From positions 135,966,001 to 136,030,000 of the forward strand of contig OZ024742.1 of NCBI GenBank assembly GCA_964016885.1: a stretch of 64,000 nucleotides of DNA. The letters are read 5' to 3'. This document shows positions 1-13,026 of this stretch, piece after piece (position 1 is the first letter of the stretch; each line of letters begins with the position of its first letter). A model generated the notes under the pieces. It made no database searches, had not been told where the DNA came from, and saw only the letters and a list, made by a program, of their open reading frames with translations. A program made the translations under genes and the position numbers. Origin of the DNA: Eledone cirrhosa. Taxonomy: Eukaryota.

Positions 1-1967
1 TAGCAGCCACCACTAACTCAACTACCACCACAACCATAGCAGCCACCACTAACACAACTACCACCACAACCACAGCAGCCACCACTAACACAACTACCAC
101 CACAACCATAGCAGGCACCACTAACACAACTACCGCCACAACCACAGCAGGCACCACTAACACAACTACCACCACAACCATAGCAGCCACCACTAACTCA
201 ACTACCACCACAACCATAGCAGCCACCACTAACACAACTACCACCACAACCACAGCAGCCACCACTAACACAACTACCACCACAACCATAGCAGGCACCA
301 CTAACACAACTACCGCCACAACCACAGCAGCCACCGCTAACACAACTACCACCACTACCATAGCAGCCACCACTAACACAACTACCACCCCTACCACAGC
401 AGGCACCACTAACACAACTACCACCACAACCATAGCAGCCACCACTAACTCAACTACCACCACAACCATAGCAGCCACCACTAACACAACTACCACCACA
501 ACCACAGCAGCCACCACTAACACAACTACCACCACAACCATAGCAGGCACCACTAACACAACTACCGCCACAACCACAGCAGCCACCGCTAACACAACTA
601 CCACCACTACCATAGCAGCCACCACTAACACAACTACCACCCCTACCACAGCAGGCACCACTAACACAACTACCACCACAACCACAGCAGGCACCACTAA
701 CACAACTACCACCACAACCATAGCAGGCACCACTAACACAACCACAGCAGGCACCACTAACACAACTACCACCACAACCATAGCAGGCACCACTAACACA
801 ACTACCGCCACAACCACAGCAGGCACCACTAACACAACTACCACCACAACCACAGCAGCCACCACTAACACAACTACCACCCCTACCACAGCAGGCACCA
901 CTAACACAACTACCACCACTACCACAGCAGTCACCACTAACACAACTACCGCCACAACCACAGCAGGCACCACTAACACAACTACCACCACAACCACAGC
1001 AGCCACCACTAACACAACTACCACCCCTACCACAGCAGGCACCACTAACACAACTACCACCACTACCACAGCAGGCACCACTAACACAACTACCGCCACA
1101 ACCACAGCAGGCACCACTAACACAACTACCACCACAACCACAGCAGCCACCACTAACACAACTACCACCCCTACCACAGCAAGCACCACTAACACAACTA
1201 CCACCACTACCACAGCAGGCACCACTAACACAACTAGCACCACAACCACAGCAGCCACCACTAACACAACTACCACCACAACCACAGCAGGCACCACTAA
1301 CACAACTACCACCACTACCACAGCAGGCACCACTAACACAACTACCACCACAACCACAGCAGCCACCACTAACACAACTACCACCCCTACCACAGCAGGC
1401 ACCACTAACACAACTACCACCAGTACCACAGCAGCCACCACTAACACAACTACCACCACAACCACAGCAGGCCCCACTAACTCAACTACCATCACTACCA
1501 CAGCAGGCACCACTAACACAACTACCGCCACTACCATAGCAGCCACCACTAACACAACTACCACCACTACCACAGCAGCCACCACTAACACAACTACCAC
1601 CACAACCACAGCAGGCCCCACTAACTCAACTACCATCACTACCACAGCAGGCACCACTAACACAACTACCGCCACTACCATAGCAGCCACCACTAACACA
1701 ACTACCACCACTACCACAGCAGCCACCACTAACACAACTACCACCACAACCACAGCAGGCCCCACTAACTCAACTACCACCACAACCACAGCAGCCACCA
1801 CTAACACAACTACCACCACTACCATAGCAGCCACCACTAACACAACTACCACCACTACCACAGCAGCCACCACTAACACAACTAGCACCACAACCACAGC
1901 AGGCCCCACTAACTCAACTACCACCACTACCACAGCAGGCACCACTAACACAACTACCACCACTACA
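1..1967. repeat. 36-bp minisatellite (unit gcagccaccactaacacaactaccaccacaaccaca), about 54 copies, running off the left edge
   Basis: Direct 36-bp periodicity with substitutions and one 12-bp deletion near 740. Confidence 0.97.
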
Positions 1968-1979
1968 TGTTTCATCTAA
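3..1979 (+). CDS. Possible 5'-partial Thr-rich mucin-like coding repeat, (AATTNTTTTTTT)n ending ...TTTCFI*
   Basis: Frame +3 is stop-free from 3 to TAA at 1977-1979; the only indel seen is in frame; each unit has an N-x-T sequon. Could equally be non-coding satellite. Confidence 0.3.
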   Translation, partial: AATTNSTTTTTIAATTNTTTTTTTAATTNTTTTTTIAGTTNTTTATTTAGTTNTTTTTTIAATTNSTTTTTIAATTNTTTTTTTAATTNTTTTTTIAGTTNTTTATTTAATANTTTTTTIAATTNTTTTPTTAGTTNTTTTTTIAATTNSTTTTTIAATTNTTTTTTTAATTNTTTTTTIAGTTNTTTATTTAATANTTTTTTIAATTNTTTTPTTAGTTNTTTTTTTAGTTNTTTTTTIAGTTNTTTAGTTNTTTTTTIAGTTNTTTATTTAGTTNTTTTTTTAATTNTTTTPTTAGTTNTTTTTTTAVTTNTTTATTTAGTTNTTTTTTTAATTNTTTTPTTAGTTNTTTTTTTAGTTNTTTATTTAGTTNTTTTTTTAATTNTTTTPTTASTTNTTTTTTTAGTTNTTSTTTTAATTNTTTTTTTAGTTNTTTTTTTAGTTNTTTTTTTAATTNTTTTPTTAGTTNTTTTSTTAATTNTTTTTTTAGPTNSTTITTTAGTTNTTTATTIAATTNTTTTTTTAATTNTTTTTTTAGPTNSTTITTTAGTTNTTTATTIAATTNTTTTTTTAATTNTTTTTTTAGPTNSTTTTTTAATTNTTTTTTIAATTNTTTTTTTAATTNTTSTTTTAGPTNSTTTTTTAGTTNTTTTTTCFI

Positions 1980-2154
1980 AAAAATGTATTCAACGATAAA
2001 AATGTTTAAAGTTGAGAGGTGCAGGGGAGGGGCTGAGATAAATATGCTGGAATTTCCATCAAGGTGCCTAAAACATCCTGACACTGCTATCAGTAGTTAT
2101 CTCCATGGATATATGAGTGGGTGGGTGTAGTGTGTGATACGTATATTTATATAC

Positions 2155-2716
2155 ATGTGTGTTGGTACTTAAGTTTGTGTGTGTTTGCATGCGTGAGAGT
2201 GTGTATGTGTTTGCGTGTGTGAGAGTATGTGTGTGTGTGTGTGTGTGTGTTTGCGTGTGTGAGCGTATGTGTTTGTGTGTTTCCGTTTGTGAGAGTGTGT
2301 GTGTTTGCGTGTGTGAGAGTGTGTGTGTATGTTTGCGTGTGTGAGAGGGTGTGCGTGTTTGCGTGTGTGAGAGTGTGTGTGTTTGCTTGTGTGAGAGTAT
2401 TTGTTTGTGTGTTTCCGTTTGTGAGAGTGTGTGTGTTTACGTGTGTGAGAGTGTGTGTGTGTGTGTGTTTGCTTGTGTGAGAGTGTGTGTGTTTGCGTGT
2501 GTGAGAGTGTATGTGTGTTTGCTTGTTTGAGAGTGTGTGTGCGAGCGTGTGTAAGAGTGTGTGTGTGAAAGTGTGTGAAAGTGTGTGTGTGTTTGCGTGT
2601 GTGAGAGTGGTTGTGTTTGCTTGTGTGATAATGTGTGTGTGTTTTTGCGTGTGAGAGAGCATGTGTGACCTTGCTTGGGTGAGAGTGTGTGTGTGTTTGC
2701 GTGTGTGAGAGTGTGT
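2155..2716. repeat. (TG)n-derived compound repeat (gtgtttgcgtgtgtgagagt variants)
   Basis: Visible low-complexity repeat. Confidence 0.9.
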
Positions 2717-3716
2717 TTTAAATTTTAAAAGTATGTTAGCTTCTTTAAAGCTGCTACAACGCAGAGGCTATGATTTCACTTTTTCCTGACAACCTTTCCC
2801 CTTTTTTAAATCATTACCATCCCATCTACCCACTGGGCTAGTCCACCTCTTCATGTCAGCCTTCATGAAATCGACTTATACTCAAAAACATTCTATCTTT
2901 GAAGATCCCGATTTTTTTCTTCGTACGTCAGTTCGTACGACAGTTCGTACGACAGTTTAACTGTCTAATGAATCCTTTCTGGTTCAGGATGGTTGGTTGC
3001 GCATATAGGGAACTTAGCATAATTTTGTTGCATTCCAAATAAGCAAAGATATTTCAGCTATGATGAATCTATATCATTATTCGATGAATTTCCCGTTTGA
3101 ATATTGCGGCCCCAAGCTTTAAAAAATATGGTTTCCGTCCTTAACAAGTCGAGTGGACATGTCGAGGCTCTATCCCTGTAGCCCAGAAATAAAACTTATT
3201 CATAGTTTTGTTTTCTTTTTGTTTTGCTATTTTAATCTGGCAGGCAACAGCAACTCCATAAACATTTCCTGTGCTTTCAAAGCTGGCAGAAGAAAGAGGG
3301 AGGGGGGGTTCTTAACCTGAAGGCTTGTTAAGGTCATGTATACTGTTACTTCCTGTAGATTTATCAGGTAAAAAAATGGAATTTGCAGAATACGAATTTT
3401 AACTCTATTACTTCGGGGCATTTACTTATTTACTTAGTTTCAGAGTTAAAATTAGGCCGAGTTCAATATTACATTTCATCCTTCCGGGATCGATAAAATG
3501 ATGTGCTAGGCAAGTAGAAGAGGTAATTAACTCGATTTTCCTTCTCCGATAATTGTTGGACTTGTGCTTAAAATCGAAACTACTACTTAAACTCTTTACG
3601 CTATTGAATGAATAATATATATTTTATGTAATTATAGGGAATCGTGTAAATGTTTTTTGTTGTTGTTGTTTTTTTTTTGTTTTTTTTTTGTGATATCGCC
3701 CGTAATATAACCGAAC

Positions 3717-3866
3717 GCGGCAAATTGGCGGAGTCGTTATAATGTTGGATAGAATGCTTTGCAGTATTTATTTTGGTTCTTTGCTCTCTTAATTCAAATC
3801 CCGCCGAGCGAAGTCAACTTTGCTTTTCATCCATTCGAGGTCGTTAAAAAGGGTACCAGTTAAGTA
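3717..3866 (+). mobile_element. tRNA-derived SINE, family A (degenerate)
   Basis: B-box-like ttcaaatcccgccgag and core aactttgcttttcatcc...gtaccagt shared with other copies in the window. Confidence 0.8.
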
Positions 3867-4054
3867 AGCCTGGGTGGAGTCGTAGGTGCGCCTATTGACA
3901 TACGGCGTTTCTTGGGTATTTTAATACCTAGCGAGGCGCCTTTCTCATCTCCAGATGTGAATACAGCAGATTTATTCCAGAGAAGGAGAGAGATAGAGTA
4001 AGAGAATGGAATTGAGAATGTGATATAGAGGTAAAATCAACCCTAATACTAGGC

Positions 4055-4190
4055 TGGTGCCTTTTGTTTTACTTCGAATGGATGAAAGGCAAAGTGAACC
4101 TCGGTGGGATTTGAACTCAGAGAGTAGAACCAAAACGAATACCGCAAAGAATTCTATCCGATATTCTAACGATTCTGCCAATTCGCTGCC
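4055..4190 (-). mobile_element. SINE family A copy
   Basis: Reverse complement of gagttcaaatcccaccgagg...ctttgcctttcatcc. Confidence 0.8.
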
Positions 4191-4236
4191 CCACGACACT
4201 ATGCAAATTTTGTTTTCTGTCCCAGACAACTAACTA

Positions 4237-4648
4237 CCTTGAGCTGCATTTTAATGGAAGAGGGTGGAGAGAGAAGTGCCCCCCCCCCCCCAGTACATTT
4301 GCTAAAAGGTGGATGAATGTGGCGAGAATGGCCCGTGTGAGTGGGCCTACTCTTACCATGCGCCTATAGGCTGGCTAATTTGAGGAGAGGGGCGCTCTCT
4401 CCGGGTGTCCTAGAAGCGCAGGGTTGTTCAGGATTGGTGGGGTACCTGAGTCACCTCTGGGTCGTCCACTCCCTATTGGGGAATTTATTTTGTTATATTT
4501 ATGCATAATTTATTTTATATTTTCATTGTTTGTTAAATTAGTCTTGCCATTGTGCACTTTTTCTCGAACTTATTGTAAACCCCCACTGTCCGTGTCTTTG
4601 TATTGTCTGTCCCCTACATGTCGGCCCTTGTAGCCAATAAATGAAATC
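4237..4648 (+). mobile_element. Tx1/L1-clade LINE 3' fragment (ORF2 C-terminus plus 3'UTR)
   Basis: Homologous to 26440-26800 and, reverse-complemented, to 35940-36300 (RWMNVARMARV-like end; ccccactgtc...tgtattgtc...aataaa tail). Confidence 0.8.
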
Positions 4649-4854
4649 ATGTTAATGATTTGATATATTTGTTTCAACAATATATCTCATGCTGAACTGT
4701 ATGAATATACACAACATTAGAAATATATTTTATATTTAACCCTAGGTGCAATCCCTCCTTCCTTATGAGAATTAACGGACGAAATTGAACAATAATAAAA
4801 TAAATACAAAATATTCGAGGACGAGTAGAACGGGGAAGGCGAAAATATTCGGTT

Positions 4855-5231
4855 AACTAGTAGTAGTAGTAGTAGTAGTAGTAATGGTGGTGGTAGTGGT
4901 GGTGGTGTTGGTGGTGGTGGTTTTGGTGGCGGTGGTGGTGGTGTTATTGTTGTGGTTGTTTCTGTTGGTTGTGATGATTGTGGGCGTGGCGGTGGTCGTG
5001 GTGGCGGCGACAGCGGCGGTGGAGTAGGAAGAAGAAGACAATTAGTCGGCAGGTCAGAGGAGTGAAACAAAGGAAAGGCTTCGTTGTGGGGGGGGGGGGG
5101 GGGTTGAAGCCTGTAAAACTTGGATGGCATAGCAAAAAGGATCATCACCACAAATACTACTACTACTACTACTACTACCACTACTACTACCACCACCATC
5201 ACCACTACTACTACCACTACTACAACCACTA

Positions 5232-5265
<34 letters not shown>

Positions 5266-5356
5266 CCCATACTACCACTACTACTACCACTACTACTACT
5301 ACTACTACCACCACTACTACCACTACTAGCACTACTACTACTACTACTACTACTAT
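4855..5356. repeat. (AGT)n/(GGT)n and (ACT)n/(ACC)n trinucleotide repeats
   Basis: Visible simple repeats. Confidence 0.9.
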
Positions 5357-6059
5357 ACAATGTAGATTGCCACATCTTCATCCTGACAGTATCCCACTAT
5401 CATTCAAGCCCCCCTTGATTTCCCATTGTCAGTCATAAATCAACTAGTCACATTAAGTATTGTAAAACTGTTGTTTTAAAGCTTGATAGAAATCTTTGTG
5501 TGGCAGCGTTAGAAAATCCTGGACGCTGGACATTGGCTAAAGATATTAAAACTGATGGACCCCCCCCCCACCCTTCCTGATGGGGACCAGTTAGTTGGTT
5601 GGCTAGCTGGCTGGCTGGTGGGTTTATTTCTTGGTTGGCTGGTTGGTTCGATGGTCGTTTAGTCATTAGTTCACAATGACTTAACGTTTATGGAGAAGGG
5701 GCTTCGGCCGTGGATTACCTTATCATATTTCCTTTCTTGAATTTATATGCTAAACTGATCTTATCCGTTTATATGTCTCCTCCTACAATATATTTCACAC
5801 ACACACACACACACACACATGACTACTCACGCAGACACACAACCAAATAGGTACCCGTACACACACACTTTCGTACGCACGCACACGCACACATATTTTG
5901 GAAAAAATAAAATGAATACAAATTCCTTATTTCGTCAAAACAGATTAAAATTTCATGTTTTGAACATTGGAGATTCTGTTAAGAAATAAAGTAAAAAGAA
6001 AGGAAATCACCTCCACCCTCCTCCTCCTCTCTCTCCCCTTCTTCTTCTTCTTCTTCTTC

Positions 6060-6243
6060 CTCACTATGGACTCAGTTGAGAGACAGATCCGTTCTACAAT
6101 CGATAACAGCTGATCGACATAGCCCACAAGTCAGTAATGCACGGACACTGGACGAGTGCATGCACAAGGTATTCGACGCTCAGCGCCCACGACGGGCAGG
6201 TCCGTCTGTCAACACTTCCGTGCCTGCAGAGTTTATCTCGAAT
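6060..6243 (-). mobile_element. Tx1/L1 LINE fragment (C-terminal Cys/His region)
   Basis: Minus strand reads IRDKLCRHG...RTCP...HALVQCPCITDLW...YVDQLLS...STESIV, matching the LINE copies at 26110-26290 and 36460-36640. Confidence 0.8.
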
Positions 6244-6283
6244 CTGCAGTGTTCACCGGTTGCCCAAACCTATAAAACAATAC

Positions 6284-6395
6284 CTATATTGCTCTATCAA
6301 AGCTGATTTAGCTTTGACACATTTTTCTAGTATAGTTAGTCTTTCCATATTTTCAAGCTTCAAAATAGGAGCGTTTTCAATATTTCCAAAGGTGC
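6284..6395 (-). CDS. Candidate isolated exon (GTFGNIENAPILKLENMERLTILEKCVKAKSALIEQYR), product unknown
   Basis: Minus-strand acceptor ...tttctttattatacaagtacAG and donor TAG|GTATTG flank a 112-bp stop-free, non-repetitive frame; no homology recognised. Confidence 0.25.
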
Positions 6396-7065
6396 CTGTA
6401 CTTGTATAATAAAGAAATGGTTTCATAATCATTCTCCCTTTAAGCTTTAATGTTGACAAAAAATCCGAATACTGGTAGCTTATATCTCTATTTAAATACA
6501 GCAAAGCAAAGAACATGAAAATGTCATTAATTTTTCGCTGAACATATTTTTACCATAAAATCTACTATAATTTTTTTTTTTTTTTTTTTTTTCTACAGAA
6601 CTCACTACCACTCATGTCAACTTTGAGTTCCCAATGCAACAGTTCTTTTACAGTTGATTCATTAGACCACCTTCTTGAGACCAAATACTAGCCGTCATTG
6701 AAAAGTACTCTTCACCACATACTGAAGTGCTTGGTAAACAAAACCATGTACTTCATCACCTACATGAGATTGGATGGGAAATTATTTAGAGATTAGAACC
6801 ATTTGTAAAAATATATAATGGTGCTTAAAAAATATTTTATTAAAATTACAAACCTCATATATCAATAATTATAAATGTATGGTATATAACATATTATATT
6901 AAAATCTAAGAATGAGAAATACAAATACAGTATTAAACGAAATGGTGAATAAAAATAGATATATATATATGTGTGTGTGTGTGTGTAAGTATATGTATAT
7001 ATGTGTGTATGTGTACATATATCATATTATATTGTATTATATTATTGTATCATATTATATTATAG

Positions 7066-7430
7066 TATCGGTAGAGGGTCGGATGCCATGCTTTGAAGCA
7101 TAGAGTTACCTCCCTGTATGATCTGAGTTCAAATCCCGCCGAGGTTAACTTTGCCTGTCATCCTTCCAGGGTCGATAGAATAAAGTACCAGTAATGCATT
7201 GGGTAATTGCTGGCCTTGTGCCAAAAGTAGAAACAATTATATTATTTGATTGACAGTGTTGGTAGAGCGTCAGGCACGATGTTTTGTAGCATAGAGTTAT
7301 GGCCCATTATATTATGAGCTCAAATCCCGCCGTGGTTAATTCCGCCTTTCGTCCTTCCGGGGTCGATAAAATAAATTCCAGTAATGCACTGGTGTAATTG
7401 CTGGGCTTGTGCCAAAAGTAGAAATAATTA
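7066..7430 (+). mobile_element. Two tandem SINE family A copies (7066-7242, 7250-7430)
   Basis: Each has ggtagag, gag(t/c)tcaaatcccgcc, ggtcgata, aattgctgg...ttgtgccaaaagtagaaa. Confidence 0.9.
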
Positions 7431-7967
7431 TATTTTATTCTATTCTCTGAACGCACCAATTTTCTAAGCTATCTGAGAAACAAAACTTTTCTACATGACC
7501 TTGACCGCAACAACAACAGTGCGTCCACATAGGGTATTTTTTCAAGGAGGGGGTTCTTTTTGTTCTAAAGAAAGCTTTAGCCAGGGCCTCTAATTCTATA
7601 AGTGTTTAAAAGCTGGACATAACAAAGAATAATATAAATGGCCCCAAATACTCTGCCCCATCATACAATCTACGTATAGTTGATTCTTTCTTCCTTCCGT
7701 CTGCCAAACATTTAAAAAGAATATATCATTATCATCCACATCCCTTACTATCAACTCTGAAACAAACAGATAAGAAACTATCCCATCCACGTCCTGCTTA
7801 ACAATTATCTTTACTAATCTTAACGCTTTTTATCGTATATACAAACACCAACAAAACACCACAAACCCTTTCTTTCATAACACGGAAGAGAACACAATAT
7901 CCAACTACCCCTTTACTCTCTCTCTCTCTATATATATATATATGTATACATACATATATACATATAT

Positions 7968-8022
<55 letters not shown>

Positions 8023-8737
8023 AACATATATATATATATATATATGTTTATATATGCATGTGTATGTGTGTGTGTGTGTGTGTCTGTTCATCTCTTTCTC
8101 CCACTCTGCATTTATATATATATATATATATATATATAACCAACGATATATAATACCCAACTATTATATTAATCACGTCAAATACAAAGAGATAAAAATA
8201 AATTGATAACTAAATGATTGCAAATAAAGGATCAGTTTACGGAAATAGTTGTAGGAAATAAAAAATGACGAATGATATCAGTCGGCCCTGAACTTTTAAT
8301 CCTTTATACATTAGGCCATTATATATATGTATGTGCGGCGCGTGTGTATGTAAATGAAGTGTATGTGACCTTGTGTGTGTGTGCAAGTATACGTACTGTA
8401 TATACTGGATGTAGAAACGTTGGGTTAAGAGCCAATGTTCATATATTGAAGGAAATAATAACTAGACATCCGATTATCTTTAGTTGACTTTAATATAATT
8501 TCCTTTCACGTGTTGGTATTAAGAATATAACAGATGGTAGGAGAGCTAGACATTTAATTGTGGATATATTATCAGCCGGATGGATGAATGACACTTCAAT
8601 GAAAAACTACAGTTATGAATATAAAACCAAGTTATCCGAAACGATACAGTAACGAAGTAAATTGCTTTGTGATAGTTAGTTACATCCCTTCTGGAATCCA
8701 TCTTGACTTTACTTTTCCGGTATCTACAAATGTCCAT

Positions 8738-9000
8738 GGTATTGTGGTAAGAGTGTTTGACTCGTGATTATAATGTCTTAGGTTCGATTCCTGGACTGGG
8801 TTGCGTGTTATGATCTTGTGCAAAACACTTCATTTCACGTTGCTCCAGTATACTCAGCTGAAAATGTGTACCAGCATTAGCTGGAAAATTAACCCTACGA
8901 TGGACTAGCACCGTGTCCAGGAGAGTCTCGTACTCTCAGTTGCTTCAAGCCACGGAAACCGGTATAAGCACCGGCCTTATGAGCATATAGGCTCGAGACA
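8738..9000 (+). mobile_element. tRNA-derived SINE, second family
   Basis: A-box-like ggtattgtggtaag and B-box ggttcgattcc, followed by a body (cacttcatttcacgttgctccag...cggaaaccgg) distinct from family A. Confidence 0.65.
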
Positions 9001-9618
9001 TTTTTTTTTAATTAGATAAAGTAAAGTTTAACCACGTGCTGCGGTTGTTGAAATCTATTTAAGTACTCACGGCAAATTTTCTGAAAATATGCCAAATGAT
9101 AAAAGGTGATGTCAGAATCGGTAGGGTGTCGCACACAATGTCCCTCGCAATATAATTTGGCTCTATTATAGTTTGTGTTCAAATAACGCCAAGATCAACA
9201 ATACTATTCAGCGATAAACGATAAGATCAGTCAGGTACTATGATAGATGTATTCGATTTTGTGTTTCCTCCCTTCAAGTTATTTCTTATATCATGTGTCT
9301 ATGATGGACTCATTACTATCATTGCGTTTTGCTTCCATGCGGGCGTGCATGTGTATCGGTGTATGTATATGATGTTTAATGGTTTAATAGGTCTAACTAA
9401 TTTTTTATAAATCCAATCGTCTTTCGCGAGAAATTGCAGCAAGCCTTTGGCAGTTCAACCTCATATGGCTTAACCTGATCGGATCTACGAATGTCGGAGA
9501 GTAGTGAATCTCAAGGTAGCGTACAAAACGGCTACGTAAACTAGAAAACAAATACGGGCTTAGCAAGCGAGCTAGCCAGTCGAGCAGTGACAACAACGAC
9601 AACAACACATGTCTCAGA

Positions 9619-9750
9619 ATAATTGTTTCTACGTTAGGCACAAGGCCAGCAATTATCCAGTGCATTACTGGTACTTTATTTTATCGACCCCGTAAGGATG
9701 AAAGGCGGGATTTGAACTCAGAATGGCAAGGGCCGTAAAAGTACTACAGA
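9619..9750 (-). mobile_element. SINE family A copy (internally deleted)
   Basis: ggcacaaggccagcaatt...actggtactttattttatcgacccc...ggatttgaactc. Confidence 0.85.
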
Positions 9751-10320
9751 ATAATGTTTAATTTTGATGTTTTTGTTGTTGGTTGTGGTGGGGGAGAGTA
9801 TATTTAAAAGCTGTATTGAAGTGAATGTTATATGATATTGGCACATTAAATAAAATTATATTTAATATACGGCAAAATGTAAATGTGAATTTTAAAGTAA
9901 GAACTTAGAATGTAAACTGAACTTTAATGACTTTTTTAAGAATTTAAGTACATTAGAATAAATATAATACTATGCAGTCTACAAATAAATGTTTATGTAA
10001 AACACAGACGTCTTTATGAGGCCAGACTTAACGGCCTCAAATATTTCACTATTATTTAACTGGAAATATGGTAATTTCTGAAGTAATTTTACATTCCATT
10101 ATATTAGGTTTTGCATGAGTTGAGTAGACTTGGTAGTACTTCCTGAAAATTTCCTATTTCATTGACAAATGATGCAGCCAACTTGTTGAACAAATAGTAG
10201 TAAGCGATGCGTATATTAGTTCAGTTGACATGAATTCATACTGAAATAAATGTTATTATATACCAACAAATGTCCTTTATATTAAAACATTTTACACATC
10301 TATATATATATATATATATA

Positions 10321-11269
<949 letters not shown>

Positions 11270-11452
11270 AGGAAAGAGATATTTATTTAATAATGTCTCA
11301 TATAAAATAATACAACCAGCTATCCACGAAATACTAATTAGTTAGCACCCCAAACACTAAATTGGGATAATACTTAAGTATATCCTAATGTTTGTTGAGT
11401 GAGATGGAGTTGGTCGGAGTATTGCTTAAGTATTTCTCTGTTTATGTATTGT

Positions 11453-11542
<90 letters not shown>

Positions 11543-11714
11543 AGATAAATCTACCAAAATATACGGTAGTGTCCAATCCGTATGAAGAACTCAATGTAAT
11601 ACAAATATCATGAAAAGAGAAGATGCATTCAAAAATTTTCAATGAAAATCACACGAAAACAGAGTCAAGATAAATTAATAAAAACAAAGAACAAGTTCCT
11701 TATATTAAAAAATT

Positions 11715-11848
11715 CATCATTTTACGATCGTTTCAAAGATATATATGTGTGTTGGTAAGTATATCATATAGATCTATGTAAAAATGTTACAAACTATCAG
11801 AGGAAATATGCATACCTTCACATATATATGCTGTCTTCAGAAATAATG
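11715..11848 (-). ncRNA. Type I hammerhead in the pLTR of Penelope element 1
   Basis: Minus strand: cattattt-CTGAAGA-[about 100-nt stem II with atatatatgtg/cacatatatat]-GAAA-cgatcg-TA-aaatgatg. Confidence 0.8.
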
Positions 11849-12564
11849 ATATTTGTTTATTGAAAAAAACCAACAAAGATTTAATATATTAGGTCTGTTT
11901 GGGAACAGGTTTTGAATTGACCAATAGAAAAGTAGTAAGATGTCAAGTTGATAGAATAGTAGTAGTAGAATTTAATTTAGGGGTAGAGGAATGCAGACTT
12001 AAGTTTTGAATGGAAAGAATGCTTTGAATGGAAAGAATACTTTGGGGATGAAAAGAGGTCAAGCCGGTGAAGATTACACGAAAATTTGATGATATTAAAG
12101 AATAATATTAATGTTAAAACCGCAGGAGAATAAAATTTTAGGGTAAATGTGTTAGTGAGAAATACCAATCTTATTTAAAACACAAGGAATTTAGATCTAT
12201 AACAAGAAATTAAATTAATTGAAAGGTATACTTATAGGGATAAATTTATATTAATTCATATGGATGTGATAAATAAGAATTAGATGTTATTAAAGAATGT
12301 TGTTAAAAACGAAGGAAAATAAGATTTAGGGATAAATGTAGTAGTGAGAAATACCAATCTTATATAGACTACAAGGAATCCAGATTCATAACAGGAAATT
12401 AAATTAATTTATATGTATACTTTAAGGTATTAATTTTAGGAAAAGAGAGTTGTAAGAGGGAAATAAAATTATGAAGTTCTCTGTAGTAAAGTACTAATTA
12501 TAGGTTAACTAAATTAAAAAAAAATAATTATAATAATATGTAAAATATAAGTGTAAGGTGTATA

Positions 12565-13026
12565 TTAATTAGGTTTATAATATTTGAAAGTTCTTCTAAT
12601 TCTATGATTGCAAGATATAATTAATTCTTGTCGCTTATTTAATAGGATATCCTTAGATTTCATAATTTCAAAAAGTTCCTGGGAGCATAATCTACACTCA
12701 TATCTGTTATTTTGATAAGGGGTGACCCTTTTGAGTACACTACAGCTCAGGTTATAATCGATATTCTTTTTTCTATAATTATTAATTGTTTCAGCCAAGG
12801 ATGTTGTATTAGCTAATGCGGCATTTTTAAAACTATGTTTGTGGGTATTAAATCTTACTTTAAATTGGTTAGACGGAGCTCCTATATATGAATAAATTGA
12901 GTCCTTAGTGCTAATTTTACATTTATATACTATGTTATTAATAAGACAATTTCCCTTTAATGGGCAATTTATTTTGTTTCTACAGTTACAACCATTCGTG
13001 AATATTATATCAGGGGAGTTAGTCAA
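12565..13026 (-). pseudogene. Penelope GIY-YIG endonuclease domain
   Basis: CNCRNKINCPLKGNCLINNIVYKC...YSYIG...FKVRFNTHKHSF...CRLCSQE...LLNKRQEL...CNH, the typical PLE zinc-binding plus GIY-YIG layout. Confidence 0.92.
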
